NCBI GenBank assembly: GCA_019058295.1
Contig: JAHPZI010000030.1
Location: 32,001 to 96,000 of the forward strand
Reading direction: 5' to 3'
DNA: 64,000 bases
Source of the DNA: Promethearchaeota archaeon
GTDB lineage: Archaea; Asgardarchaeota; Lokiarchaeia; Sigyniarchaeales; SOKP01
Under the pieces are notes generated by a model, which saw nothing but the letters and a program-made list of their open reading frames with translations, was not told the DNA's origin and searched no databases. A program made the position numbers and the translations under genes. Of the stretch, positions 31,085 through 41,896 are shown one piece after another (position 1 is the first letter of the stretch; the number at the start of each line of letters is the position of its first letter).

Positions 31085-32017
31085 ATGAGCAAAATTAAAA
31101 ACTTAATACATTTATTGCGTTGCCGGCAATATTACAAAAATGGTTTAATTTTTGTAGGGGCATTTTTTAGTGGAAATATACTTGATTTCTTTGTTATATC
31201 CTTACTCATTATTGGCTTCGTTATCCTATGTTGTGCCTCTTCAATCAATTACATTATAAATGATATAAGAGATATTGAAAAAGATAAAAAACATCCAGAA
31301 AAATTTGAAAAACGCCCTCTTGCATCTGGAGAATTATCTGTTTTTTTTGCTATTCTTTTATTGGCACTATTATTTGGAGCTATAGTTATCTTAACTTTCC
31401 TTTTCATCATTCCAAATTGGAATTTTATTATTATGATAATATTAATCTTAATAACAGGACAATTATACAATCTCCTTTTTAAAAACTATGCTTTTATAGA
31501 TATTTTATCTTTGTCATTAATCTATCTATGGAGGGCTTTAGCAGGATGCTTCTTAATTGAAGTTTTTATTTCACCTTGGTTATTCTTAGCTATTTTTGAA
31601 CTCGCATTATTTTTGGTAATTGCTAAGAGGAAGGGCGATTTAATACTCATTGGTGAAGAAAATGCCCTTGAGCATAAAAAAAGCTACGATCAGTATTCTC
31701 TTAAGTTATTAGATCAATTTCATGTGATTATAGCAGGATCTTTATTTATTACTTACTCCTTATACCTTATATTACATTTTAATCTCTTTTCAGCGGAAAG
31801 AGTTAATTTACACGAATATATAACGATTTTAACAATTCCATTGTCTCTTTTTATTATTATGCGATATATGTATTTAACTTCAGCTAAACCAAAGATTGCA
31901 CGTAATACTGAAAAGGCACTATTAGATCCTGGAATAGTCATTGCTGGTATATGTCTATTAGGAATATTAACGTATTCCTTTTATTTAAAACTATTTCTAA
32001 AGTTACTGAATCTCTGA
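31085..32017 (+). CDS. UbiA-family prenyl/phosphoribosyltransferase
   Basis: LR..QYYKN, NDIRDIEKDKKHP.K..RPLASG, AKRKGD. Confidence 0.88.
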   Translation: MSKIKNLIHLLRCRQYYKNGLIFVGAFFSGNILDFFVISLLIIGFVILCCASSINYIINDIRDIEKDKKHPEKFEKRPLASGELSVFFAILLLALLFGAIVILTFLFIIPNWNFIIMIILILITGQLYNLLFKNYAFIDILSLSLIYLWRALAGCFLIEVFISPWLFLAIFELALFLVIAKRKGDLILIGEENALEHKKSYDQYSLKLLDQFHVIIAGSLFITYSLYLILHFNLFSAERVNLHEYITILTIPLSLFIIMRYMYLTSAKPKIARNTEKALLDPGIVIAGICLLGILTYSFYLKLFLKLLNL

Positions 32018-32036
32018 ATTTTCAAGGTTTTAAAAG

Positions 32037-32720
32037 ATGAATTCTATTAAGCTAGATCTTCATGTACATACATGTTATTCGGGAGATTCTCTAATTAAAC
32101 CAAAAGACGTTGTTAACTATGTTAAATTAAAAGGCTTAGATGGCTTCGCAATAACGGATCATCAAACTTTAAGAGGTTATAAGTTTTCAAAAGAAATAGG
32201 TCGTAATAAAGATATCATTGTTATCCCAGGTATGGAAATTAATACCAATATTGGAGAAATTATAATTCTCTTTATTGAAGATGATATTAAATTTAATGAT
32301 AATAATTTTAATACTATTGTCGAGAAAGTAAAAGATAATAATGGCCTAATCGTAATCCCTCATCCCTTTGATTTTTTGAGAGATAATAGGCTAAAAATGA
32401 ATCTCTTAAATGATAATATTATCAATAAATTTATTGATGGTATAGAAATTATAAATTCACGAATTATCTTTAAAAAATGTATTACCAAAGCAAAAAATTT
32501 TAATAAAAAATATAATCTATTTGAAACTGGCGGTTCTGATGCTCATACTTTAAAGGAAATTGGAAATGGTTACACATTAATTCGAGATGCTGATAAATCC
32601 TTCGAAAGTATCAAAAACTGCCTATTAGAGAAAAAATCAAGGAGTATGGGAGTGCTTTCAAGTCCTCTTGTCCATGCTAAAACCGTGTTCAATAAACTAA
32701 AAAAAGGACTCTACTTTTAA
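32037..32720 (+). CDS. PHP-domain phosphoesterase
   Basis: DLHVHT, AITDH, PHPF, GGSDAH. Confidence 0.92.
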   Translation: MNSIKLDLHVHTCYSGDSLIKPKDVVNYVKLKGLDGFAITDHQTLRGYKFSKEIGRNKDIIVIPGMEINTNIGEIIILFIEDDIKFNDNNFNTIVEKVKDNNGLIVIPHPFDFLRDNRLKMNLLNDNIINKFIDGIEIINSRIIFKKCITKAKNFNKKYNLFETGGSDAHTLKEIGNGYTLIRDADKSFESIKNCLLEKKSRSMGVLSSPLVHAKTVFNKLKKGLYF

Positions 32721-32730
32721 TTATATAGTT

Positions 32731-33930
32731 ATGCCAGAAAAACCTCAAATATTTGTAATAAAAACCTCTCCAAAAACAGTTCTAGAGGACTATGCAAAAT
32801 TAATGCATATGGCTGAATATCAAAAACATTTTCCAAAAAATCTCCAGACGCTAATCAAACTCAACCTTAGTTGGTCTAAGTTCTTTCCGTCGTGTTCTAG
32901 CCCCCCATGGCAAGTAGAAGGTGTTCTAAAAGCTATGATAGAAGATGGTTATGACCCAAAAAAGCTTTTTACAGCAGAAAATCGCACCGTTGTAACTAAC
33001 ATCGCGAAAGGTCTAGAAGGTAATAAATGGAAACCAATTATCAAAAAATACGGTACTTGGTTTGTGCCTTTAACTAAAATCCCCTTCATACCTTATAATG
33101 ATCAGTTAAGGTCAAAATTTGAATCATTTAAAGATAAAGAATTACACGTGTTAGATTCAAAAATTTTTCCAAAAGGGTTCAGAATTCCGGAATTTTATTT
33201 AGGAAAACCAATTATTCACTTACCTACTATGAAGACTCATGGCCATACGGGAGCTATTGGTGGCTCTTTAAAAGATACAAGAGATGAGTTGAAAAATGGT
33301 GGAATTACATGTGCGATGAAAAATGCATTTGGTGGGCTTTTGACCAAAAGACGTCATTTTAGTCATCAATATATATCCGAAGTATTAGTCGATCTACTAA
33401 TTATTCAAAAACAGATACATCCTGAAATAATGGCAATTGTAGATGGAACTGTTTGCGGTGATGGTGCTGGTCCAAGAACAATGATTCCACGAATTAAGAA
33501 TTATTTACTTGCGGGATATGACCAGGTTGCTGTTGATGCAGTTGTTGCAAAAATGTTAGGATTTGATCCTCTTAAGTTACCCGCTATAAAAATTGCTCAT
33601 GATGAGGGTTTAGGCTGCGGAGATTTAAAACAAATTGAAATAATTGGGGAAGACTTATCTGAGGTTAATTGGAATTTTAAAGTAAAACGCAGTTTGGTAA
33701 TTTGGGGTGATCAGATGGTAAGAAAAGGAAAACTATCCTTTTTACATCCGATGATGCATAATAAGCTTTTTATGGCTTTACCTATTTTAGGCTCACTCGT
33801 TTATCATGATATGTTTTGGTACCCAACTATCGGTAAAAAAAGGATAAAAGAGTTTATGAAGACAAGTTGGGGAAAAATGTTTCAAAATTATCCTGCGAAA
33901 ACTCAAGGCGTAATTAACAAACAGAACTAA
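32731..33930 (+). CDS. DUF362 family protein
   Basis: IKLNLSW, LPTMKTH, AMKNAFG, DQVAVDAV. Confidence 0.85.
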   Translation: MPEKPQIFVIKTSPKTVLEDYAKLMHMAEYQKHFPKNLQTLIKLNLSWSKFFPSCSSPPWQVEGVLKAMIEDGYDPKKLFTAENRTVVTNIAKGLEGNKWKPIIKKYGTWFVPLTKIPFIPYNDQLRSKFESFKDKELHVLDSKIFPKGFRIPEFYLGKPIIHLPTMKTHGHTGAIGGSLKDTRDELKNGGITCAMKNAFGGLLTKRRHFSHQYISEVLVDLLIIQKQIHPEIMAIVDGTVCGDGAGPRTMIPRIKNYLLAGYDQVAVDAVVAKMLGFDPLKLPAIKIAHDEGLGCGDLKQIEIIGEDLSEVNWNFKVKRSLVIWGDQMVRKGKLSFLHPMMHNKLFMALPILGSLVYHDMFWYPTIGKKRIKEFMKTSWGKMFQNYPAKTQGVINKQN

Positions 33931-34707
33931 TTAAATGATTTCTTTTAACCACTTAATTTTATCAAAATCTAATCTTTTATCAATTCTATAATGGATAAAA
34001 AATTCAATTGATCCTCCTTTTCCTAAAAGAGGAGATCTCATAATTCCATATGGAAATACATTGTTTTGGATACTCCACTCTATTATTTCTCCTAATATTT
34101 GTTTTAATTTTTCGAAATCTGTAATAATTTTAAATTTCTCTATCTCATGAAATTCAGTTTCAAAGAGAGGTTTGATTAAAACTATGATGTTTCCATCTTT
34201 TTTCAAGTAACATTTTACATTAGGAAGGATTGCTCTTATTGATGTGAATGTAACATCAATAGTACAAATATCAACTTTTTCAGCTAATTCTTTCAAATTA
34301 CGGGCGTCGATTCCTAGCATTGGAACAACTTTATTTTTCATCTTTTCACATCTTAAAGAGGGATGAAGAAGATCTTCGGCTGTATCAATTGCGTATACTT
34401 TTGAAGCACCATGCTTTAAAAGACAGTCAGTAAAACCCCCAACACTCGCTCCAACATCAGCACAAAATTTATTTTCAACTGATATTGAAAATTCTTTAAT
34501 CGCTGCTTCTAGTTTAAGCCCCCCTCGCCCAACATAAGGAAATTCTTTTTTTAGACGAATATCGCCCCTGTTATCTACTCTTTTTCCAGGTTTTTTTATT
34601 TCTAAACCATTCACAAGAACATATCCATTTCTAATTAACCAATGCGCTTTTGTACGACTTTCTGTAAGACGCCTTTCTACGAGTAAAATATCCAAACGTT
34701 CTTTCAT
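33931..34707 (-). CDS. tlyA: TlyA-family rRNA 2'-O-methyltransferase
   Basis: S4 domain ERLDILL; YVGRGGLKL, DVGASVGGFTDCLL, LIKPLFE. Confidence 0.9.
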   Translation of the reverse strand: MKERLDILLVERRLTESRTKAHWLIRNGYVLVNGLEIKKPGKRVDNRGDIRLKKEFPYVGRGGLKLEAAIKEFSISVENKFCADVGASVGGFTDCLLKHGASKVYAIDTAEDLLHPSLRCEKMKNKVVPMLGIDARNLKELAEKVDICTIDVTFTSIRAILPNVKCYLKKDGNIIVLIKPLFETEFHEIEKFKIITDFEKLKQILGEIIEWSIQNNVFPYGIMRSPLLGKGGSIEFFIHYRIDKRLDFDKIKWLKEII

Positions 34708-34793
34708 TCTATAATTAAATTTTTTTTAAAAATATGTCAATATTTAAATAAAGTGTTAGGAGTTTAAATCTATTATATGAAATTTACCTATAT

Positions 34794-35300
34794 ATGGATA
34801 GTCTACTAGAAGAGAGATCTTTTTTAACTCAGAAAGTGAAAATTAAAAAAAAATACTCAAATAAAGAAATTCAATTTCATCACTTTTTTCATCAAAATAC
34901 TAAAATTTTTCCTGAAAACGTCATAATTCATAATCAATTTATTTTCTTTTTTGTAAAAAGCGAAGATTATTTTAAAGCAAAACGAGTATTGAAAACATTA
35001 AGAACACAATTAATTGATAAAAAAATTTTAATTATTCGATCTGAGACAACATTAATAAAATTACTGTTTAGCTTTTTTCCCGACACTTATATTCACGACA
35101 TTACTTTAAACGTCGTGGAAAATACTGGAAAGAGGTTGGTTAAAATAATTTTTTTATTTTATGAAGATAGAGGTATAGCAATCGGTCGTAGTGGAGATTA
35201 TATTAATGTTATTAATTATCTCTTTAAAAAGTATATTATTTTAGAAAAATTTAATACTTCAATAGAAATAAAATGTGAAATTATCGATTTAGAATATTAA
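34794..35300 (+). CDS. Divergent archaeal NusA-like KH protein
   Basis: IFFFVK and DRGIAIGRSGDYI; first GxxG absent. Confidence 0.6.
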   Translation: MDSLLEERSFLTQKVKIKKKYSNKEIQFHHFFHQNTKIFPENVIIHNQFIFFFVKSEDYFKAKRVLKTLRTQLIDKKILIIRSETTLIKLLFSFFPDTYIHDITLNVVENTGKRLVKIIFLFYEDRGIAIGRSGDYINVINYLFKKYIILEKFNTSIEIKCEIIDLEY

Positions 35301-35310
35301 ATATACTAAC

Positions 35311-36435
35311 CTACTCCTTACTACTTTGTAACTCTTTCTTTAATGCTACCACATCAATATGTTCAAGTTGGCATGCTAAAAATATTGCCACTTTACCCAT
35401 TTGTACTTTTATAGAGAATTTTGATCTCCATCGTCTATAAATCACCCTCAAAGCTAATCCCATTAAAACCACTGTGGTGGTATAAGCTATAAAAAAATAG
35501 AATATATTTAGCTGACGAAAAAATAGGAAAAATAATATATTATGTCCTAAATAAACTGTAAGAGAATAGTATGAGAAGTAATATGAGAACTTATAACTTT
35601 TCTTTGTATCAAAATAACCATATACTTCAAAGATTAAGAAAATTAACATAACAAATACAATAAGAGATATCGAAAAAGGTACCCAAGCAAATGGATAATC
35701 TATCCAAAAAAATTCACCTATAAATATTGCGCCTAGAGTAAATAAAACTGGACAAATTATACATGAAGGAATTAAAAACTTATTTCTTAAAGCTAATCTT
35801 CTTTTAGCAATATCTTCTATTTGAAATAATTCAAAGAGTAGATCTCCGAAAACAGTACCTAATAAATAAAATGCATAAGAGATTAAAATTGGATATAAAA
35901 ATAATGGGTGATAAAAAATATGAAATAATACTCCATAGATGTTTAATTGCCCTTTATATGGCCATAAAATAGTGACCATAATTTGATTAATAATTATAAT
36001 AACAAATACATAAATTAATCTAAAGAGTTTTGAAGTTCTAAAGAATGGATACGACAATAACATTGAAAAAGCAAGAGAAAATAAAATAAACCATGCCCAT
36101 ATCCATGTAAAATCGTAGACTCCAATTGCAACAAAAAGGTTATAAATAACAGCAATAACCAATAATATTAAGGCCCGAAAATGATACTCTTTTTTCATTA
36201 TACGAGCATTATAATTCTCTAATTCTTTAGCGTTGATTGAAGCATTCCGATACCATATCATTATACTTATACCAGAGATCCATATAAAAGCTGGCCCAAA
36301 AATTCGATCAATTAGAAGTCTAGAAATGGCAATAAACCATGCATCTTCCGTTCTAAGCCACCATGTACGTAAATGAACCCATACCATACCGAGCATAATC
36401 AAGCCACGATAAATGTCTAGACTCTTTATTCTCAT
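35311..36435 (-). CDS. DUF1624/HGSNAT-like membrane acyltransferase
   Basis: RIKSLDIYRGL..MVWVH; SLTVYLGH. Confidence 0.8.
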   Translation of the reverse strand: MRIKSLDIYRGLIMLGMVWVHLRTWWLRTEDAWFIAISRLLIDRIFGPAFIWISGISIMIWYRNASINAKELENYNARIMKKEYHFRALILLVIAVIYNLFVAIGVYDFTWIWAWFILFSLAFSMLLSYPFFRTSKLFRLIYVFVIIIINQIMVTILWPYKGQLNIYGVLFHIFYHPLFLYPILISYAFYLLGTVFGDLLFELFQIEDIAKRRLALRNKFLIPSCIICPVLFTLGAIFIGEFFWIDYPFAWVPFSISLIVFVMLIFLIFEVYGYFDTKKSYKFSYYFSYYSLTVYLGHNILFFLFFRQLNIFYFFIAYTTTVVLMGLALRVIYRRWRSKFSIKVQMGKVAIFLACQLEHIDVVALKKELQSSKE

Positions 36436-36487
36436 TACTTAAAATCTACTTCTTTAATTTAAGTTGTTTATAAAAAAATAATCTACT

Positions 36488-37606
36488 TTAGCTTTTATAA
36501 TACTTACTAAAATGTTTTTTTTTTACCTTTTTTTCTTCAATTTTTATCGCTAGCCCACTTGCTAATTTTCCTAGTTGAGCTTTTAAAGAAGCCTTATAAC
36601 CCCATTTTTTGTATATAAAACTGAAAATTAAACCAATGATAATAAATGTCACCGATATATAAATCCAAATTTCAAATTTATTTAATTGACGGTAAAATAA
36701 GAAGTATAGTACGTTATGGGCTAAATAAATAATCAGAGAATAATAAGAATAGTAGAATAGAAATTTATAGCTTTTTTCGGTTTTGTAAAATAAAAATTCC
36801 TCAAAAAACAATAAAACTGATAATAGAGTTAATTGTATTCCTAAAGCATATATTAACCAAATATAACTCCGATTTTTTGGAGGAAATTTAAAAGAAATAC
36901 TATATATTATGAGAATTGGTCCTATTATCATTAAAGGAAGTAAAACTTTTTTCATTAAAGCTGATTTCCTCTCTTTTTGATTTTCTATATTATATAAATC
37001 GAATAATAATTCTCCCAAAACCGTTCCAAATAAGAAAAAGGGAAACATAGGTAATATTGGATCAAGACTCCAATTATTATATAAAATATGGTATAGTACT
37101 CCAAAGTAATTAGAATCATTTCGAAATGGGTATAATGTTTCAAATACGACTATATGTACAATCCAAAAGAGTATTCCAAGAAAGATCCTGAATAATTTGG
37201 GAGTTTTCAACAACGGCCACCCAATAAATAATGAAATAGCAACCGTCAATAAAATAAACCATGTCCAGATCATATACACATCACTGGTTCCTATAGCTAC
37301 AAATACATTATACATCAAAGCGACGATTAAAATGAAAAAGGCTCTTAAAAAATATTCATTTCTCATGCGATTTTTTGTATATCCATCCGATATTTCAATT
37401 TTGGCAATTCTATTATTATATGAAATTGCTGTGCTAATTCCTGAAACAAATAGGAATGCGGCAGCTCCTATAGGATCTAAAATATCAAATATTAGAAGAT
37501 AAAACCATCTATCCTTGTCTCTTATCCACCAAGCGAGCAGATGGCCGATCATCATCCATGTCATTGACAGCCCTCTTAAAATATCGATACTCTTGATACG
37601 TTTCAT
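36488..37606 (-). CDS. DUF1624/HGSNAT-like membrane acyltransferase (paralog)
   Basis: RIKSIDILRGL..MMIGH, FLFVSG, SLIIYLAH. Confidence 0.8.
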   Translation of the reverse strand: MKRIKSIDILRGLSMTWMMIGHLLAWWIRDKDRWFYLLIFDILDPIGAAAFLFVSGISTAISYNNRIAKIEISDGYTKNRMRNEYFLRAFFILIVALMYNVFVAIGTSDVYMIWTWFILLTVAISLFIGWPLLKTPKLFRIFLGILFWIVHIVVFETLYPFRNDSNYFGVLYHILYNNWSLDPILPMFPFFLFGTVLGELLFDLYNIENQKERKSALMKKVLLPLMIIGPILIIYSISFKFPPKNRSYIWLIYALGIQLTLLSVLLFFEEFLFYKTEKSYKFLFYYSYYSLIIYLAHNVLYFLFYRQLNKFEIWIYISVTFIIIGLIFSFIYKKWGYKASLKAQLGKLASGLAIKIEEKKVKKKHFSKYYKS

Positions 37607-37617
37607 AATTTTAACTC

Positions 37618-38457
37618 CTAATATTTAAGGTTTTTTAATATATCTGTTGATTCACTAAGAGAGAGTTCTCCATTTAATACTTTTTCTGCTATTTCACTAA
37701 ACGTTAATATATTGTTTGAATTTTCACTATTCTCTGCTAACAAATTCTGCTTATTTAGTTTCTTTGAATTGATGTATTTAATATCATTTTGAAAGCTTAG
37801 TATATTTACTTCAACTCCATCTCTAAAAGATAATACTAATGCTGAAGCCTCATGCTTAGGAATCTTTCTCTTCTTTTTATAAATTTTTATTTTTGACGAT
37901 TTTGATTCATCAATTAAATAGAATTTCATATTAGCTCGATTTTTAAAAAGACTATAAATGCTATTAATTAAATTTCTAGTCATTGGAAGAATCCCTTTAC
38001 CAAATTTAAACTTCAAACTTATTAAATCATCTGTTTTCTGGAGACCTTGCACATAATCTTTGATTTTTATTATTAAATCTTCTTTATTATAAATTGTATG
38101 AGAATTTAGATAATAATCATCTAGATAAATTAGTAATCCAATGTGCTTAGTACCGGGATCAATAGAAAAAATTAAATTAGAATATTGTTCTTTATATCCG
38201 ATTCGATATGATGCAATTACTTTTAACATATATTGATTAAAATCATCATTTTCATCGTAGGATAGAATGACAACCTTTCTATTCGGACTTTTAATTCTTT
38301 CAAGTTCCTTAACAGTTGTAATAATAATACAAGGAATACTTGGAATTTTATCGCCAAAATTTAAAATTTTAAATTTGATCTTAAGCTTATTTAATTCCCT
38401 ATTTACTAAATAAAAGAAATTTAAATTCTCGGAATATATAAAAATGTTATTTCTCAA
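37618..38457 (-). CDS. Hypothetical protein with RNase H-like (YqgF-like) domain
   Basis: FSIDPGTKHIGL, LIDESKSS, KHEASA. Confidence 0.6.
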   Translation of the reverse strand: MRNNIFIYSENLNFFYLVNRELNKLKIKFKILNFGDKIPSIPCIIITTVKELERIKSPNRKVVILSYDENDDFNQYMLKVIASYRIGYKEQYSNLIFSIDPGTKHIGLLIYLDDYYLNSHTIYNKEDLIIKIKDYVQGLQKTDDLISLKFKFGKGILPMTRNLINSIYSLFKNRANMKFYLIDESKSSKIKIYKKKRKIPKHEASALVLSFRDGVEVNILSFQNDIKYINSKKLNKQNLLAENSENSNNILTFSEIAEKVLNGELSLSESTDILKNLKY

Positions 38458-38498
38458 TGTTATTTATAAATATTAAATAAAATTAAAATATTTTAATA

Positions 38499-39179
38499 AT
38501 GAACATTTTCCCAAGATTAAGTGAGATTATTGAATCGCCTGAGGGAATTATTTCTGTTTGGGGTGATTTTGGAGTTGGTAAAACTACATTCGCGCTTCAA
38601 ACAGCTATAAATATGTCAATTCAAGGAAATAAAGTTATTTACATATATAGTAAACCAAGTTTTCCCTCTGTAAGGATAGGAAATATTCTCAAGGATAATC
38701 AAAAAAAAGTACTTGATAATATTGTATTTATAAGAACTACAGATTTCACAGACTTATATAATATCATTTTTAATTTAGAGTTTTTAATTTTAGATAATTT
38801 AAAAGAGAAAGCCAATTCATTTGGCCTTATTATTATAGATTCTATAACTGATTTATATCGACTAGAATTAACTAGAGAGAAAAAAGAAAAGAATGTTAGT
38901 CTTAATTTTCAATTAAATCAGATTTTAGCGAATTTATCATACATATTTGAAACTTATGGCATCGAAGTTTTAGTTGTAAACGAATTAACTCGAAAAAGTC
39001 ACAACGACCAAACTGAAGAAGTTCAAAGCGGTGGGAATGTTATGGATTTCTGGGTCTCATATTCTATTAAAATCGAAAGAACAGAAAGATTAAATCTAAG
39101 AAACTTGACCGTAAGAAAACATCGAGAGAATAAAGAATTTGAATTATCATCCATTTTAACTAACAATGGATTTGAGTAA
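38499..39179 (+). CDS. RadB-like RecA-family ATPase
   Basis: GDFGVGKT, IIIDSI..LYRLEL, VVNE, SGGNVM. Confidence 0.8.
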   Translation: MNIFPRLSEIIESPEGIISVWGDFGVGKTTFALQTAINMSIQGNKVIYIYSKPSFPSVRIGNILKDNQKKVLDNIVFIRTTDFTDLYNIIFNLEFLILDNLKEKANSFGLIIIDSITDLYRLELTREKKEKNVSLNFQLNQILANLSYIFETYGIEVLVVNELTRKSHNDQTEEVQSGGNVMDFWVSYSIKIERTERLNLRNLTVRKHRENKEFELSSILTNNGFE

Positions 39180-39212
39180 TGTTAAAGAAAATTATCAATC
39201 AATATTCTGTAT

Positions 39213-40457
39213 TTGAAAATGGATAAAAAAGAAATTTTTTTAAAAAACGATTTTACGCTAATTAAAGAAGGTTCTGCAAATTTTTACATTCATGTTGCTG
39301 ATATTCCATCAAAATCAATGAAAGTTTTTTACAATAAAAAGATGGAAATTAATCGTGATCTCTCCTGTTTGGCTGTTAATGCGTATAGACATTTATTTAA
39401 TCAAAAGAACCTCGTTATTGTAGATTGTATGGCAGCTTCTGGAATCAGCTCTCTTAGAATGATAAAAGAGTGTAATGATATAAAAAAGATTTTCATTAAC
39501 GATATAAATCCAGTAGCAGTTGATTTAATACATAAAAATATTAAACTTAATAAAATAAATGGAAAATCTCCTGAAATAATAATAAGTCAAAAAGACGCAA
39601 ATTTATTATTTTCTGAAATAACTCAAAACATATGTTCTCATGTAAAAAATTCACAAAAAAGACCAAATGTTATATCAATTGATCCTTTTGGAACTCCAAA
39701 TCTCTATGTTGATGATGCTTTTAAAGCTATACAAAAAACAAACGGTTTAATGTGTATAACAGCGACCGATACAGCAGTATTATTTGGAGTAAGGCCACAG
39801 GCTTGCATTAGAAAATATATGTCTAAACCTCTTCACACTGAATATTGCAAAGAAATTGGCGCACGGATTTTAGTTCATTTCATTGCCCGCTTAGCAAATA
39901 TCAATAAACTAGGGATCATTCCGATTTTAACTTTTTATTCAAATCATTTTATTAGAGTTTTCGCTTTAACCATAAAAAATAAAAAAGAGATCTCTAAAAA
40001 TTTCATTAATTATGGATTTGTTATTCACTGCAATAAATGCGAATATCGTAAAATAATTCAAAATAATGTGTTAAAAATGCCTCATGAATGTCCAAATTGC
40101 GGTGAAAAGGAAAAATTAAATTATGCAGGCCCTCTATGGGTTGGAAAACTTCATGATGATCTTTTCATTAAGGAAATTTTAAATTTAAATAGTAAATTTA
40201 GTTATTCTAATCAAAAAAAATTAGATAAAATTCTTAATTTTGCCTTAGATGAGATTAAAATGCCCGCTCTATATTATAACATACACAAATTAAGTCAGAA
40301 ATTAAAGCTTCAAAAAGTTCCAAAAATGGAAGATCTTTTAAAAATAATTACGAAACAAGGTTATAGAGGTTCAAGAACTCATTTTGACTTTACATCAATA
40401 AAATCTGATATGAATTTAAAGCTTCTTAAAGAGTTATTATTAGAAAAGTATAGTTAA
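39213..40457 (+). CDS. trm1: tRNA (guanine-26-N2)-dimethyltransferase
   Basis: VFYNKKMEINRD, DPFGTP, TATDTAVL, GPLWVG, RTHF. Confidence 0.95.
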   Translation: MKMDKKEIFLKNDFTLIKEGSANFYIHVADIPSKSMKVFYNKKMEINRDLSCLAVNAYRHLFNQKNLVIVDCMAASGISSLRMIKECNDIKKIFINDINPVAVDLIHKNIKLNKINGKSPEIIISQKDANLLFSEITQNICSHVKNSQKRPNVISIDPFGTPNLYVDDAFKAIQKTNGLMCITATDTAVLFGVRPQACIRKYMSKPLHTEYCKEIGARILVHFIARLANINKLGIIPILTFYSNHFIRVFALTIKNKKEISKNFINYGFVIHCNKCEYRKIIQNNVLKMPHECPNCGEKEKLNYAGPLWVGKLHDDLFIKEILNLNSKFSYSNQKKLDKILNFALDEIKMPALYYNIHKLSQKLKLQKVPKMEDLLKIITKQGYRGSRTHFDFTSIKSDMNLKLLKELLLEKYS

Positions 40458-41102
40458 ATGGTGAATAAGATATCAAAAAGTCCTAAGTTTCATAAAAGGG
40501 ATCCGGATTATAAAAAAGCTAAAAAAGAAGGATATAGAGCACGTTCAGCCTTTAAATTACTTGATATTCAGAAAAAATTTAATATTTTTAAAAGGGCATT
40601 TTATATTTTAGATATTGGAAGCACACCAGGTTCTTGGCTTCAAGTAGCTAAAAAATTTGCTCAAGAAAATTTAGAAAAATATAATGACGAGCATTATCAT
40701 AGAGATCATTTTAAAATAATGGGTGTTGATACAAAAAAAATAACACCAATAGAGAATGTAAAAATTGTGAAAATGGATGCGACATTACCCGAATTTCAAG
40801 AAGAACTCGTATCATATTTTCACGATAAATTAGATCTTATCCTCTCGGATGCCTCAATTCAGAAATCTGGCAATAAATTCAGCGACCAAATAAGGCAAGT
40901 TAATCTCTGCCATAAAATTCTCAACCTTGCTAAAAGAAATTTAAAATTCAAAGGTTATTTTGTCGTTAAAGTTTTTCAAGGCCAAGATTTTAATATTTTT
41001 CTTAAAACAATAAAAAAATCTCTATATGTAAAATCTTATAAACCTAAATCTTCCCGAAAAAGCAGTAATGAGATTTATTTAATCGGTCAGAAAAAAAAAT
41101 AA
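40458..41102 (+). CDS. rlmE: 23S rRNA 2'-O-methyltransferase RlmE/FtsJ
   Basis: GYRARSAFKL, PGSWLQ, ILSD, VKVFQG, KPKSSR..S.E.Y. Confidence 0.93.
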   Translation: MVNKISKSPKFHKRDPDYKKAKKEGYRARSAFKLLDIQKKFNIFKRAFYILDIGSTPGSWLQVAKKFAQENLEKYNDEHYHRDHFKIMGVDTKKITPIENVKIVKMDATLPEFQEELVSYFHDKLDLILSDASIQKSGNKFSDQIRQVNLCHKILNLAKRNLKFKGYFVVKVFQGQDFNIFLKTIKKSLYVKSYKPKSSRKSSNEIYLIGQKKK

Positions 41103-41104
41103 AT

Positions 41105-41776
41105 TTAATCTACACCAGATTCCAATCTATCCATAATATCATCAAAGTTAACGTTATACTTTTGTTTTTTCAGTGAAAGGGCAATCCATTGACTAAGGAA
41201 TGGGCAATGTTCTGGATTAAATTGGTCCAAATTTGTATCATTACATTTGTCTATGAACGGACAAATAAAACAAGGTTGACGAGAAAACAAATTCCAAATG
41301 AAATCATCCTCTTTATTATTAATTTTTTGTGCTTTAACTTTAACCTCATTAGAGTAATCTTCGATTGAGCTTATTTTTTTTGTCCAAGAACTACTCACGA
41401 GCTCACGACGAATCTTTATTTTTAATTGCAATGCTAGTATATCTAAAATGTTTTCTAATTCATTACGATTTTTATTAGTAAGTTTTTGAAGATCCTCAAG
41501 ATACAGTGATTTTTGTTTATTAATTATCTCAAGTACCATTTTCTCGTCTTTTCTTAAGGAACGCTTTAAAATCTTTTTTGTTTCCTCCATTCTTTCAATA
41601 TGGCGTTCTACATCGGATTTATCCTCTGTTGCTCCTTCTATCCTCTCCTTAATTTTACATTTGTGCCGACTAAGATATGCAAAGGATTTTCCGCAGTATT
41701 GACAAGTTTCTTTTTTTTTCTTTGCCAATTGCTCAACTCTCTTTATTATGATTTGTATAGTAGTTAATTTTTCCAT
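41105..41776 (-). CDS. TFE-beta / RPC34(RPC39)-like protein; possible TTG start at 41728
   Basis: Winged-helix-like segment plus C-terminal PCFICP...C...P..CP.L..W Fe-S motif. Confidence 0.75.
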   Translation of the reverse strand: MEKLTTIQIIIKRVEQLAKKKKETCQYCGKSFAYLSRHKCKIKERIEGATEDKSDVERHIERMEETKKILKRSLRKDEKMVLEIINKQKSLYLEDLQKLTNKNRNELENILDILALQLKIKIRRELVSSSWTKKISSIEDYSNEVKVKAQKINNKEDDFIWNLFSRQPCFICPFIDKCNDTNLDQFNPEHCPFLSQWIALSLKKQKYNVNFDDIMDRLESGVD

Positions 41777-41896
41777 TTTAATTTTTGCTTTTAATAAATG
41801 TATTCTAAGCAGTATTTTATTGAATTATAGAATTTTATAAATATAGTAAAAATAAATACTATTGTAAACAGATAATAATAGGAGTATAAATTAAAA

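Noticed and set aside
33229-33305. In-frame intron in the DUF362 insertion (GAGCTA/TGGCTC hairpin, ACTCAT/ATGAGT)
   Set aside because: No 4-bp central helix with two 3-nt bulges; reads as a protein-level insertion
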